Assembly: GCA_964590365.1 (NCBI GenBank)
Contig: CAZPVR010000001.1
Location: 1-40,579, forward strand
DNA from: an uncultured archaeon
Lineage (GTDB): Archaea > Aenigmatarchaeota > Aenigmatarchaeia > CG10238-14 > SCSR01
DNA length: 40,579 nucleotides
Reading direction: 5' to 3'
Shown here piece after piece: positions 6,817 to 15,990 of this stretch (position 1 is its first letter; the number at the start of each line of letters is the position of its first letter). The translations under genes were made by a program, and so were the position numbers. The notes under the pieces were generated by a model. It was not told the DNA's origin. It saw nothing but the letters and a program-made list of their open reading frames with translations, and ran no database searches.

Positions 6817-7911
6817 TCATATTTTCCAGTCCTTTAGCTTGTAATCGGAAAGAATAAAAACTTTTACAAAGGATGTTAAGTAGATTAATGTATTTAATGG
6901 AACGTAGAAGAAAAGGTAAACAAAAAATTCTTTAATATAGAATTCGTACTTAAGCTTCTTAGCTGCCGTGAAGAAAATGATTGAAAGAATAAAGAAAAGT
7001 ACAAAAATTAGAATTGTTTCCCAAATCAAGAGAGTTGGTAAATAAGAAAGGGTGAAATTTGCGCTCAAAAGGTTGGAAATAGAAGATTGGATGAATGTTT
7101 TTTTAACCATGTAGCCAAAAATTATGGAGGAGGAAAGAAGGAAGAAGAAAGCAGGGAGGATAAAAGGGAGAAAAGGGAAAAGCAGCTTAGGGGATTTTAG
7201 AAATGAGTGAACGATCTCTTTAAAATGCTTTTTTAACCAAAGTGCTACTCCAATCCCCCATCTCTCTCTTTGTCTAAACCAATGCTCCCAAGAAGTAGGA
7301 GCTTTATTCCATACCTCTATCTCTTTATCATACTTTAACTTTTTGTTCTCAATAAAAGCTCTTAAGCCAATTTCTAAATCCTCTGCTACAACCCTTCGAA
7401 ACATTCCTAGTTCATAAAAAACTTCTCGCTTTATACCGAAAGCTGGTCCATATACACCAAAACACTTTTTAAATTTCTCTGAGAAAAGCCATTCTACAAA
7501 ATTAAAGCTTATATAATCGTAATTAACTAGTTTAGAGATAAGGGATTCCCTGATTACTCTTTTCTTAATTTCAAGAATATCACAATCCTTTATGCTACTT
7601 GCTACTTTCTTTAAAAAACTTTTATATTTCCTTGGTATCTTTACATCAGAATCCAAAAAAAGTAGAATTTTTCCGCTCGATTTTTCCACTGCCTCATTAA
7701 GCGCTCTGGCCTTCCCCTTTCTTTTTTTATTGAGTATAAACTTTATTTTTCCCTTATATTTCTCAACCAAACCTAAGCTTTTCCTCGTTGGCTCATCTAT
7801 GATAACAAAGATTTCCTTATTCTTATAAGGATCTTCCAACAAGCTTTCGATTATATCATCAAGAAAATCGGATTCTCTGTAGACGGGTACGAAAACGCTA
7901 ATTTTTTCCAT
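6817..7911 (-). CDS. family 2 glycosyltransferase, processive type, with C-terminal transmembrane segments
   Basis: VFVPVYRE, IIDEPT, LFLDSDV (DxD), VVAEDLEIG and QRERW (QxxRW) motifs, followed by several hydrophobic helices. Confidence 0.85.
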   Translation of the reverse strand: MEKISVFVPVYRESDFLDDIIESLLEDPYKNKEIFVIIDEPTRKSLGLVEKYKGKIKFILNKKRKGKARALNEAVEKSSGKILLFLDSDVKIPRKYKSFLKKVASSIKDCDILEIKKRVIRESLISKLVNYDYISFNFVEWLFSEKFKKCFGVYGPAFGIKREVFYELGMFRRVVAEDLEIGLRAFIENKKLKYDKEIEVWNKAPTSWEHWFRQRERWGIGVALWLKKHFKEIVHSFLKSPKLLFPFLPFILPAFFFLLSSSIIFGYMVKKTFIQSSISNLLSANFTLSYLPTLLIWETILIFVLFFILSIIFFTAAKKLKYEFYIKEFFVYLFFYVPLNTLIYLTSFVKVFILSDYKLKDWKI

Positions 7912-7974
7912 AATTTTTATTTTTTCTCTATAGGATAAATTTTAAAACTTGATTGAGAACCTAACTTTAAGTTA

Positions 7975-8049
7975 TGGGGACGCTGGGATTTGAACCCAGG
8001 TCTGAGCCTCCCAAGGGCCCGATCCTAGACCAAGCTAGACGACGTCCCC
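7975..8049 (-). tRNA. tRNA-Pro (anticodon TGG)
   Basis: The reverse complement folds as acceptor GGGGACG/CGTCCCC, D arm GTCT..GGAT, anticodon stem GGGCC/GGCTC with loop CT-TGG-GA, T arm CTGGG-TTCAAAT-CCCAG, discriminator A. Confidence 0.85.
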
Positions 8050-8106
8050 GCTCAAACTTGATAATTAAATTTTTCCCTATAACCTAAAATTCTTGACGTT
8101 CGAGAA

Positions 8107-8192
8107 TGGGGCAGCTGGGATTTGAACCCAGGATTTCCACCGTTCCATGCTTCCCCAGGGTGGCGTCCTATTCCAAGCTAGACGACTGCCCC
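8107..8192 (-). tRNA. tRNA-Pro (anticodon GGG) with a short insertion of about 10 nt next to the anticodon (37/38 region)
   Basis: The reverse complement folds as acceptor GGGGCAG/CTGCCCC, D arm GTCT..GGAC, anticodon stem CCACC/GGTGG enclosing 17 nt (CTGGGG-AAGCATGGAA-C), T arm CTGGG-TTCAAAT-CCCAG. Only a relaxed BHB could be drawn by eye. Confidence 0.65.
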
Positions 8193-8222
8193 TTATATTT
8201 GATTATAACTTAAATTTTAATT

Positions 8223-9485
8223 ATGGTAATTGTTGGGAGGAGTAAAGAGGATTTAGAAGTTTTTGGGGAGGAATGTGCCGGCTACATAGGGAAGCATATC
8301 GTTGGAACAGGAGAAGAAGCACACCTAACAACAAAAGTTTTCCTCGATTTTCTCAAAACTCATGTAATTCTAATAACGGGAAAAAGGGGGTGTGGAAAAA
8401 GCTATGATGCAGGGGTTATAGCAGAGGAAATTGCTTTGCTTCCAGAAAAATACAGAAAAAATTTGGCAGTCGTTATAATAGATACTATGGGAATATTCTG
8501 GAGTTTAAAGAGACCAAACGAGCAGCAGAAAAATTTTTTAAAAGAATGGGGCTTAGAACCTAGGGGTCTTGATAATGTTAAAGTTTTTGTTCCATTTTCG
8601 CAGCTTGAAGAATTTAAAAATTCTGGCATTCCTGTTGATGAAGGTTTTTCAATTCTGCCCTATGAATTTTCAGCCGAAGAATGGAGGCTTGCCTTCAACC
8701 TAAAAAGGACAGAACCTGCAGGAATTTCTCTCGAGAAAGTGTTGAATCAACTTCTTGAATCAGGTCAGAAATTTTCCATAGATGATATAATAACTAAAAT
8801 CAGGGATGATGAAGAGATTTCGAAGGAAGTGAAAAGTGCTTTGGAGAATATGCTGAGTGTTGCAAAGCAGTGGGGAGTTTTTGGGGAAAAAGGAATTAAT
8901 ATAGATGATTTGGTCAAACCCGGGCAAATTTCTGTAATAGATGTTTCCCGCTTAAGGGCAATGGAAGCTTGGAGCGTAAGGAATTTTATAGTAGCTATAA
9001 TAGCGAGAAAGGTTTATGAATATAGAGTAATAGCGAGAAAGGAAGAAGAAATAGCGAGAATTGAAGGAAGGGAAATGGAAAAAAAGTATCCAATGGTATG
9101 GTTAATAGTTGATGAAGCTCATAATTTTTGCCCATCGGATTTTGAAACAATTTCTTCTCAGCCTTTCTTAACCATAGCAAAACAAGGAAGGGAGCCTGGA
9201 GTAAGCTTAGTTGTTATAACTCAAATGCCGAACAAAATTCATCAGGATATTTTAAGCCAATGCGATTTGATAATTTCACACCGTTTAACTTCCAAGGACG
9301 ATTTACAAGCTTTGCATGCAGTTTATCAAACTTATATGCAGGAGGAAATAGAGAAGATGATAAATAAGCTTCCTAGATGGCCTGGAGCTGCTTTAATTCT
9401 TGATGATAACTTAGAAAAGGCATTTACAGTAGCTATAAGGCCGAGGCTAAGCCATCATGCAGGTGGGACCGCAATTCTGATTTAA
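8223..9485 (+). CDS. HerA/FtsK-superfamily P-loop ATPase (DUF87-like)
   Basis: Walker A ITGKRGCGKSY and Walker B VWLIVDEAHNF. SLVVITQMP and the C-terminal layout are typical of archaeal HerA-like ATPases. Confidence 0.7.
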   Translation: MVIVGRSKEDLEVFGEECAGYIGKHIVGTGEEAHLTTKVFLDFLKTHVILITGKRGCGKSYDAGVIAEEIALLPEKYRKNLAVVIIDTMGIFWSLKRPNEQQKNFLKEWGLEPRGLDNVKVFVPFSQLEEFKNSGIPVDEGFSILPYEFSAEEWRLAFNLKRTEPAGISLEKVLNQLLESGQKFSIDDIITKIRDDEEISKEVKSALENMLSVAKQWGVFGEKGINIDDLVKPGQISVIDVSRLRAMEAWSVRNFIVAIIARKVYEYRVIARKEEEIARIEGREMEKKYPMVWLIVDEAHNFCPSDFETISSQPFLTIAKQGREPGVSLVVITQMPNKIHQDILSQCDLIISHRLTSKDDLQALHAVYQTYMQEEIEKMINKLPRWPGAALILDDNLEKAFTVAIRPRLSHHAGGTAILI

Positions 9486-9507
9486 ATTAAAAACTAAATT
9501 CAAATTA

Positions 9508-9711
9508 ATGGAAATAGAACTTATAAAGCAGTTGTTAATAATTTTTGGTGTGATAGCTCCTGTCATAATTGCTGTTTACATGCTAATCTTCCTCCTCAGA
9601 AAAAGATGTCCTTTATGCGGAGCAAAGATGAAATTTCTGTACAGAGGGAATAGCGTTGTTGGTTATTATTGTCCAAAGTGTAAGCATTATGAAGTAAAAG
9701 TTATAGAGTAA
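9508..9711 (+). CDS. small membrane-anchored zinc-ribbon protein
   Basis: One N-terminal hydrophobic helix (LLIIFGVIAPVIIAVYMLIFLL), then CPLC...x17...CPKC. Starts 22 nt after the HerA-like gene. Confidence 0.5.
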   Translation: MEIELIKQLLIIFGVIAPVIIAVYMLIFLLRKRCPLCGAKMKFLYRGNSVVGYYCPKCKHYEVKVIE

Positions 9712-11272
9712 CTATTCTTGTAACAGTACCTATCCCTTTTGTTTTCCCTTCCCTAAAAATGAATTTATCCCCTTCTTGAACAAAGCATGGAAAATATTTA
9801 AAAGTAAACCTAACTTTTCCGCTTTCCCCTGCCTTTAAATATTTTTTATCCAAACATTCTAATTTTGCGCTTTGGGATGCTGTTGAAAAGTGGAGAACTG
9901 GCTCATAACCAGAAGCTATGCGAGTAGGATGGGTCAAAACGAGTATTTCTGCCTCAAAGCTTTTTACTGCCTTTGGTTTAAGATCTTCTTCGCAAAGAAT
10001 CATACCCCTCCTTATTTCCTCATGTTTCACTCCTTTAATCGAGATACCAACTATTAGGCCTGCATTCGCTTCTTCTAAAGAGCAATAATGAGTCTGAATG
10101 CTTGCAACCTTCACTTTTCTAAATTCACCGCTTGAAAAGGGTCCTAGAAGTAAAGTAGAGCCTGATTTTATTTTTCCCTGCTTAATGGAACCAGAAACTA
10201 CTGTACCCACACCTTTAACGTTATAAACTTTATCTACGAACATAAGGAAAGGTTTATCAGTTTCTCTTTTTCTCGCAGGAAGCATGCCCAAAAACTTAAT
10301 TAATTTATCCATGCCTTCAAAAGTTTTGGAAGACACTTCAAATATAGGAACTAAAGTTTCAAGTTTATCCAAGATTATTCCCAAATCTCTTTCTTCTTTT
10401 ATTAAAAAAGGTATTCTTCCAACAAGCTTAATTAATCTTTCCACTTCCTCTCTAACTTCCTTCCTCTTTTTTTCTCCTACTTTATCTATTTTCGTTATAC
10501 AAACTATTATCGGAAGATTTAAGGCAAGAAGTATTCCTAGATGCTCTTTAGTTATGTGAGTAATTCCATCGTCGCAAGCTATTACTAACAAGCCATAATC
10601 TAGGCTTTGTCCTACCAAACCCCTAATAGTTGTTCTTAGCCATGGTTCATGGCCGACAGTATCTACAAAGCTTATTACTTTTGTAGAATCCCTAAAAACC
10701 GTTGCCCTTTCTCTTTTATCCAAAGGATTTTTTAAATGAATTGGCAAAGAGTCTTTAAAGCCGAAAAGAGTAAAATGCAAATCAGCAGACAATCCCCTTT
10801 CTATTTCATGGGGCAAAACATTCAAGTAGAGCCATTTGTTTCCTTCTTTATCCGGCTCCCCAGTTACTATTGTTGCAATTAAAGTAGACTTTCCATGAGA
10901 AACGTGGCCAGCAACCCCTATTATGATACTCTCCTTTTTCTCTAACCTTAAAACTTGTTTGATTATTATCCTTCCTATAATTTTATCATTTTCACTGAAC
11001 TTTTCAACTTTCTCTATTCTCGCATTATTCTCCATCGCTATTATTCTCAAAACGTTCAAGCTTTCTTCAAACTCCATCTCGCTTAAACCCTTGACCTCAC
11101 CATTTTCCTTTACACCTATTATATAAACAGCAACACCATTACCCTTTTCCAACCTAAATTTCATTTGCGTAGCCAATTGTTGCTTTCTCTCTTCCTTAAG
11201 ATGAATCTCAGAGATAAGCCTTTCTTTGAATTCTATATTCCTCTGTTCCTTCCTCGGAAGCTTAACCTTCAT
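9701..11272 (-). CDS. GTPBP1-like translational GTPase (EF-1alpha/EF-Tu superfamily)
   Basis: G1 GHVSHGKST, G3 DTVGHEPW, G4 TKIDK, followed by EF-Tu domain II/III-like beta-barrels (VKGVGTVVSGSIKQGKI...). The N-terminal extension is typical of GTPBP1-family proteins. Confidence 0.8.
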   Translation of the reverse strand: MKVKLPRKEQRNIEFKERLISEIHLKEERKQQLATQMKFRLEKGNGVAVYIIGVKENGEVKGLSEMEFEESLNVLRIIAMENNARIEKVEKFSENDKIIGRIIIKQVLRLEKKESIIIGVAGHVSHGKSTLIATIVTGEPDKEGNKWLYLNVLPHEIERGLSADLHFTLFGFKDSLPIHLKNPLDKRERATVFRDSTKVISFVDTVGHEPWLRTTIRGLVGQSLDYGLLVIACDDGITHITKEHLGILLALNLPIIVCITKIDKVGEKKRKEVREEVERLIKLVGRIPFLIKEERDLGIILDKLETLVPIFEVSSKTFEGMDKLIKFLGMLPARKRETDKPFLMFVDKVYNVKGVGTVVSGSIKQGKIKSGSTLLLGPFSSGEFRKVKVASIQTHYCSLEEANAGLIVGISIKGVKHEEIRRGMILCEEDLKPKAVKSFEAEILVLTHPTRIASGYEPVLHFSTASQSAKLECLDKKYLKAGESGKVRFTFKYFPCFVQEGDKFIFREGKTKGIGTVTRIVTL

Positions 11273-11339
11273 GATTTCACTTAAAAACTTTCTGATTTTA
11301 AAATTTAAAAGTTAACTAAAGAAATATAGTTTATAGAGG

Positions 11340-12305
11340 ATGGAAATGAGCATAGAAGTGTGGGCTGAAAAGTACAGGCCAAAGAGGCTGAGTGAAGTAA
11401 TAAACCAGAAGCATGTAGTGGAAAGAATAAAAGCTTTTGTAGAGGAAAAAAGCCTGCCCCATTGTTTATTTGCCGGTCCTCCTGGAACAGGGAAAACTAC
11501 TGTTGCTCTTTGTATAGCACACGAACTTTATGGTGAGAATTGGAAGGCCAATACTTTAGAGAAAAATGCAAGCGATGAAAGGGGAATAGACGTGATAAGG
11601 GGGGAAATAAAAGAATTTGCCAGGATAAAGCCCATAGGAGATGTTCCTTATAAATTGATAATATTGGATGAAGCAGATGCCTTGACAGCAGATGCTCAGA
11701 ATGCTCTGAGAAGAACGATGGAAAATTATACTTCTGTTTCCAGATTCATACTTCTTTGCAACTATTCGAGCAAAATCATAGAGCCTTTGCAGAGTAGATG
11801 TGCTGTTTTTAGGTTTAAGCCGCTTACAGAGGCTGATGTAAGAAAGTTTATTCAAAGAATAGTAACAGGAGAAAAACTTAAAATAACAGAGGATGGTATT
11901 CAAGCCATAGTTGAAATTTCTGAAGGAGATTTGAGAAAAGCTGCAAACTTATTACAAGCAGCAGCATCGTTAGAGAAGAAGATAACAGAAGAAGTAGTTT
12001 ACGATGTGGCTTCAAGGGCAAGGCCTACTGATGTAAAAGAAATGCTTGAATTGACTTTGAAAGGAAAATTTGAGGATGCTAGGAAGAAATTGCAGGAAAT
12101 GCTTTTGAGGCAAGGGTTAAGCGGGAGCGATATAATTTCAGAAATACATAAGCAAATCTATTCTTTAAATTTGCCCGAAGATGTTAAAATAGATTTAATA
12201 GCAAAATGCGGAGAATATGAGTTTAGGATAAGCGAAGGTGGGAATGAATTAATACAATTAGAAGCTCTTTTAGCTCAATTTTTAATTGCATCGCAACGAA
12301 AATGA
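11340..12305 (+). CDS. rfcS: replication factor C small subunit
   Basis: WAEKYRPKRLSEV, Walker A GPPGTGKTT, Walker B ILDEADALT, sensor SRC motif (QSRCAVFRF), 321 aa. Confidence 0.9.
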   Translation: MEMSIEVWAEKYRPKRLSEVINQKHVVERIKAFVEEKSLPHCLFAGPPGTGKTTVALCIAHELYGENWKANTLEKNASDERGIDVIRGEIKEFARIKPIGDVPYKLIILDEADALTADAQNALRRTMENYTSVSRFILLCNYSSKIIEPLQSRCAVFRFKPLTEADVRKFIQRIVTGEKLKITEDGIQAIVEISEGDLRKAANLLQAAASLEKKITEEVVYDVASRARPTDVKEMLELTLKGKFEDARKKLQEMLLRQGLSGSDIISEIHKQIYSLNLPEDVKIDLIAKCGEYEFRISEGGNELIQLEALLAQFLIASQRK

Positions 12306-12484
12306 AAGAAAAAATTAAAAAATATCCTCTCACTATTTATGAAACAAGCCTTTCTATTTTAGGTTATTCTTTAACACGAAACTATGATTTCATTTTAATC
12401 GGCTTGCCTTTAGCTTTTTTAACATTTTGTTTAGAGAAATTTTTCCCTTATGAAAAATTCAAAACAGGTATTAAATTGAGTTAG
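12302..12484 (+). CDS. small hydrophobic ORF (60 aa) coupled to rfcS by an ATGA overlap
   Basis: The ATG overlaps the rfcS stop. One predicted TM segment (FILIGLPLAFLTFCL). No other support. Confidence 0.3.
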   Translation: MKEKIKKYPLTIYETSLSILGYSLTRNYDFILIGLPLAFLTFCLEKFFPYEKFKTGIKLS

Positions 12485-12602
12485 AATTTTTAATTTTCCT
12501 TACAACATTCTAACTATAGCATAAGGCTTGAGCATTCTGATGTAATTCTAAATACAATGGCCATAAAATTCATTTTTTAAGACTTAAAAATATAAGATAG
12601 CT

Positions 12603-13796
12603 ATGTGGGTTGAAAAATATAGGCCAAAAAGCTTGAAAGAATTTGTGAACCAGAAAGAAGCTGTGGAAAAATTTTTAGCCTGGATAAGAAGCTGGAAGCC
12701 TGGAAGTAAAGCAATGCTTTTCTACGGCCCTCCAGGAACAGGAAAAACTGCCTTAGTTCATGCTTTTGCAAATGAAAACGATTTAGAGCTTATAGAGATG
12801 AATGCAAGCGATTTTAGAAGCAGGGTAGAAATAGAGGAAGTGTTTGGAAAAAGCATGACGCAAAAATCGCTTTTCAAAAAATCTAAAATTTTTCTAATAG
12901 ACGAAGTTGATGGAATAGTTGGGAGAGAAGATTTGGGCGGGGTAGATGCGATAATAGGAATAATAAAAAAATCTTTTTATCCTTGCGTTTTAACGGCTAA
13001 CGACCCTTATGAGCCTAAGTTAAAAAGTTTAAAAGAAGTTTGCATACTAGTTGAATTCAAGAAACTACATGTGTTTGATATAGAAAAAAAGCTTTTGGAG
13101 ATTTGTCTAAAAGAGAAAATAAAAGCAGAAAAAGAAGTTTTAAGGGAAATTGCTAAGAGGTCTAAGGGTGATTTGAGAGCTGCGATAAACGATTTGGAAG
13201 CTGTTTCAAGAGGGAGGGAAAAAATTACTCTAAGCGATTTGGAGGCCTTAGGATATAGAGAAACTGAAACAACTATATTTGATGCCCTCAAAATAATCTT
13301 TAAAACTAAATCAGTTTTGGCCTCAAAGGTTTCTATTGCCAACGTGGATAAAGATCCTGAAGAAATTTTTTGGTGGATAGAGAATAATTTACCTAAGGAA
13401 TATGAAAAACCTGAAGAACTTGCAAAGGCTTTCGATGTTTTAAGCAAAGCTGATTTGTTCAGAAGTTTTGTGACGCAAAGGCAAAATTGGAAGTTGAGAG
13501 GTTATATGATAGATTTAATGACAGGAGGAATTGCTCTTTCAAAAAAGGAGGCTTATAAGAAGTTTGTAAAGTATGAATACCCAACCAACTTAACTTTGCT
13601 TAGCTCTACGAAAACTGAAAGGGAGAAAGAGAAAAAACTATTTGAAAAGTTGAGGGAAAGGCTTCATTGTTCTACTCGAAAAATAAGAAAGGAATTTTTG
13701 CCTTACTTGAAAATAATTTTGAAAAGGGAAGAATTTAGAAGAAAAATCGTTGAAAGTCTTGGATTAAGCAAGGAAGAAATTTATTTTCTAAAATAG
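12603..13796 (+). CDS. rfcL: replication factor C large subunit
   Basis: WVEKYRPKSLKEFVNQ, Walker A GPPGTGKTA, Walker B FLIDEVDG, 397 aa with a charged C-terminal tail. Confidence 0.85.
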   Translation: MWVEKYRPKSLKEFVNQKEAVEKFLAWIRSWKPGSKAMLFYGPPGTGKTALVHAFANENDLELIEMNASDFRSRVEIEEVFGKSMTQKSLFKKSKIFLIDEVDGIVGREDLGGVDAIIGIIKKSFYPCVLTANDPYEPKLKSLKEVCILVEFKKLHVFDIEKKLLEICLKEKIKAEKEVLREIAKRSKGDLRAAINDLEAVSRGREKITLSDLEALGYRETETTIFDALKIIFKTKSVLASKVSIANVDKDPEEIFWWIENNLPKEYEKPEELAKAFDVLSKADLFRSFVTQRQNWKLRGYMIDLMTGGIALSKKEAYKKFVKYEYPTNLTLLSSTKTEREKEKKLFEKLRERLHCSTRKIRKEFLPYLKIILKREEFRRKIVESLGLSKEEIYFLK

Positions 13797-14201
13797 CTTA
13801 GTTAAGCCAAAGCTTTTAGTTAGGGTAATTTTTGGCGATTGGAGGATTATATAATTGAAGTTTACTTTTGCATAACTTGAATAGCATTCCTGAATTGTGT
13901 AATTGAAAGTTAAAAGATAGCCTTTCTTCTGAGCAAAATCCTCAGCAAAAACTTTAAATTCTTCCAAATTGAATGTTAGATCCTCGCAATTTTTACTTTT
14001 TTCCACAGTTTCCTTTGCTTTCTCAACTATATTGTTAAAGATGAAAGGTTCTTCGTTTATAGCAACGGTAGAAGTATCTGGAATTTTTATAGGCTCTATC
14101 ATTCTGCTAATCAAATAAGCAAAACCTATTATAACTACGGCAGAAATTATGAAAAATTCAGCTTTCCTAGAGCTTAATAAATTGTGCATGCGGAATTCCA
14201 T
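13788..14201 (-). CDS. membrane-anchored hypothetical protein, possible pilin-like (last gene of the pilus cluster)
   Basis: The N-terminus ...SSRKA-EFFIISAVVIIGFAYLI resembles a class III signal peptide plus hydrophobic helix. Overlaps the upstream gene. Confidence 0.4.
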   Translation of the reverse strand: MEFRMHNLLSSRKAEFFIISAVVIIGFAYLISRMIEPIKIPDTSTVAINEEPFIFNNIVEKAKETVEKSKNCEDLTFNLEEFKVFAEDFAQKKGYLLTFNYTIQECYSSYAKVNFNYIILQSPKITLTKSFGLTKLF

Positions 14202-14460
14202 TAATTAGAATAATATTTTCCCTATGTATAAAACCATTCTTTTCAGCAAGGCTCACTATTTCTTCGCCTATTAAGTTTCCTATAGTTGCCTTTTCCATAA
14301 GCTTTATTGCCTGATTTTCATCTATAAGCTGGCCGCCATAAAAATGCTTGCTTATTTTGACCTTCAAATCCTTTGTAACAATCTCTTTCTCGATTAAATT
14401 TTCGTCACATATTGCAACAACGATCTCAAACTTAGTATAAAAAACCTTTCCCCAGAACAT
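14167..14460 (-). CDS. DUF424-like small archaeal protein
   Basis: VAICDENLIEKEI...FYGGQLIDENQ...NLIGEEIV...INGIPHAQF matches my recollection of the conserved DUF424 pattern (aCDeeLlGk...FYgGe...vGe..v...i.gvPHAq). Confidence 0.45.
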   Translation of the reverse strand: MFWGKVFYTKFEIVVAICDENLIEKEIVTKDLKVKISKHFYGGQLIDENQAIKLMEKATIGNLIGEEIVSLAEKNGFIHRENIILINGIPHAQFIKL

Positions 14461-14513
14461 CTAATAAAATTTAGAAACAAAAGTATTAAAGAATGATGGA
14501 AAAAGCCAAAAAA

Positions 14514-14963
14514 TTAAGCAACAATTCCTGAAATCGTTCCGTAAGATACTAGATTATAAACTCTTCCTCCTGTGATATTGTATACAATTTTTACTCTTGC
14601 TGTATAGCAATCTCCAGATGGTTTATTAAAGTTAGGGCAGTGAATTGTAATATCTGTTCCTTCAACTCCTACATTATTTACTGTTACTTCATTGCAATCT
14701 CCACCGTCTACATTAGTGTTAATAATAGCACTTTCCACAATCTCTGGCTTTAGGTAAGCTAAAGTGAATGATAAGTCCTTCGTTCCTCCATCAAACTTTA
14801 CTTCTCCTACTTTAAAATCTCCGAACTCCCTTATCTGAGTTCCTGTCCATCTGCATGGCTTTGTTAGTCCTAGAGCATACAATGCACCTACTACTATTAT
14901 TACTACTATTATCGCCCATCCGTACGTCATCAAATACTCAAGAGCAGTTTGTCCCTTTCTCAT
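14514..14963 (-). CDS. archaeal type IV pilin (class III signal peptide), candidate major pilin
   Basis: MRKGQ-TALEYLMTYGWAIIVVIIVVGALYAL is a classic KGQ/xxLEYL prepilin cleavage motif plus hydrophobic helix. 149 aa with four Cys. Lies directly downstream of the platform genes. Confidence 0.8.
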   Translation of the reverse strand: MRKGQTALEYLMTYGWAIIVVIIVVGALYALGLTKPCRWTGTQIREFGDFKVGEVKFDGGTKDLSFTLAYLKPEIVESAIINTNVDGGDCNEVTVNNVGVEGTDITIHCPNFNKPSGDCYTARVKIVYNITGGRVYNLVSYGTISGIVA

Positions 14964-15006
14964 ATTCTCCCTTTAAAATAAATTTGCTTTTTATTAGCTT
15001 AAATAT

Positions 15007-15990
15007 TTAAATAAATCCTGAAAATATTGCCTTTATAGCCATTTGCGAAATAAGAAAAACTGCAAAACCAATGGGTATGAATAGAGGCAAATACTTTAAG
15101 CCTGCTTTTTCTGTCCCTTCTTGTACTAAGCCTATTAGCAAGCTACCAAAGAAAGTTGTTGCACCTATTGCTGCAAACGAATACAACCTTAAAAATTCTG
15201 AACTTATTCCAGAAATCCTTATAGTTCCAAGCGGTATTTTTGCTTGCATCTCAGGCATTCTTTCGATTTCCACGCTTCCCCCAAATTTTCCTAAGGTTTC
15301 AACCAAGAATATGGAAACTGAATAGAGTAAAGGTGCACCGATGCAAGCTGCAAAGAATATAAACATCCCGTACATCATAACATAAGATTTAATCTCCCTT
15401 TTCAAAATCCTAACTTGCCTTATATCCAAAGCAATGCTTTCGAGCAAAGCAGTTATGCTACCCCCTTTTTCCAAACCTTCTAAAAGCAAGTAAACAGTTC
15501 TTTCTAAAAGCTTCGACTTTATCCTTTTAGTAATATTTTTTAAAGCCTCTTCCAAAGGCTTTCCGGAAATCGTTTCCTTTGCAGCATTTCTAAGCTCCTT
15601 TTCCAGGGGACCGAATTCAGGCCTTGCTGAAGTCAATATTGCTTTATCATGCGTTAGGCCTGCCCTCATGTTTGAAGAAATTATTAAAAGGGCATCCGGC
15701 AAAATTTCCTCAACGTAATTAGCCCTACTATCTGCTACAAAAACTAAAATTCCATGGAAGATTAGTTGAAGAATTGAAAAAAGTAGGATAAAAGTTAAAA
15801 GGAGGTAGGGTAAGGCAAGCAATTCGAAAAGAAAGAGGAAAAAGGAAATGAAAAGGCTTATTAATATTCCAAAGGTTAGGAATGATGCAAAAAGGTTTTC
15901 TGGCGAAATTTTTAAATCGCAATATGCTACATGAGCCTCAAGCCATTTTTTATAATTTTTTGGAAGTATGGAATACAAAAACTTATACAT
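15007..15990 (-). CDS. T2SSF-domain pilus platform protein (TadC/FlaJ-half-like)
   Basis: Multi-pass membrane protein with a cytoplasmic helical T2SSF-type domain (SNMRAGLTHDKAI...GKPLEEALKNI...LLEGLEKGGSITALLESIA). Confidence 0.75.
   Translation of the reverse strand: MYKFLYSILPKNYKKWLEAHVAYCDLKISPENLFASFLTFGILISLFISFFLFLFELLALPYLLLTFILLFSILQLIFHGILVFVADSRANYVEEILPDALLIISSNMRAGLTHDKAILTSARPEFGPLEKELRNAAKETISGKPLEEALKNITKRIKSKLLERTVYLLLEGLEKGGSITALLESIALDIRQVRILKREIKSYVMMYGMFIFFAACIGAPLLYSVSIFLVETLGKFGGSVEIERMPEMQAKIPLGTIRISGISSEFLRLYSFAAIGATTFFGSLLIGLVQEGTEKAGLKYLPLFIPIGFAVFLISQMAIKAIFSGFI

Noticed and set aside
8998-9060. Short spaced repeats: taatagcgagaaagg at 8998..9012 and 9028..9042, plus aatagcgagaa at 9050..9060
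   Set aside because: They lie inside the HerA-like CDS and encode the repeated peptide IARK/IARKEEEIAR in a charged helix. With only 2..3 short copies and no spacer architecture, this is not a CRISPR array.
8223-9485. Calling the HerA-like ATPase part of a HerA-NurA end-resection pair
   Set aside because: No NurA-like gene is adjacent on either side. The neighbours are tRNA genes and a small zinc-ribbon membrane protein.
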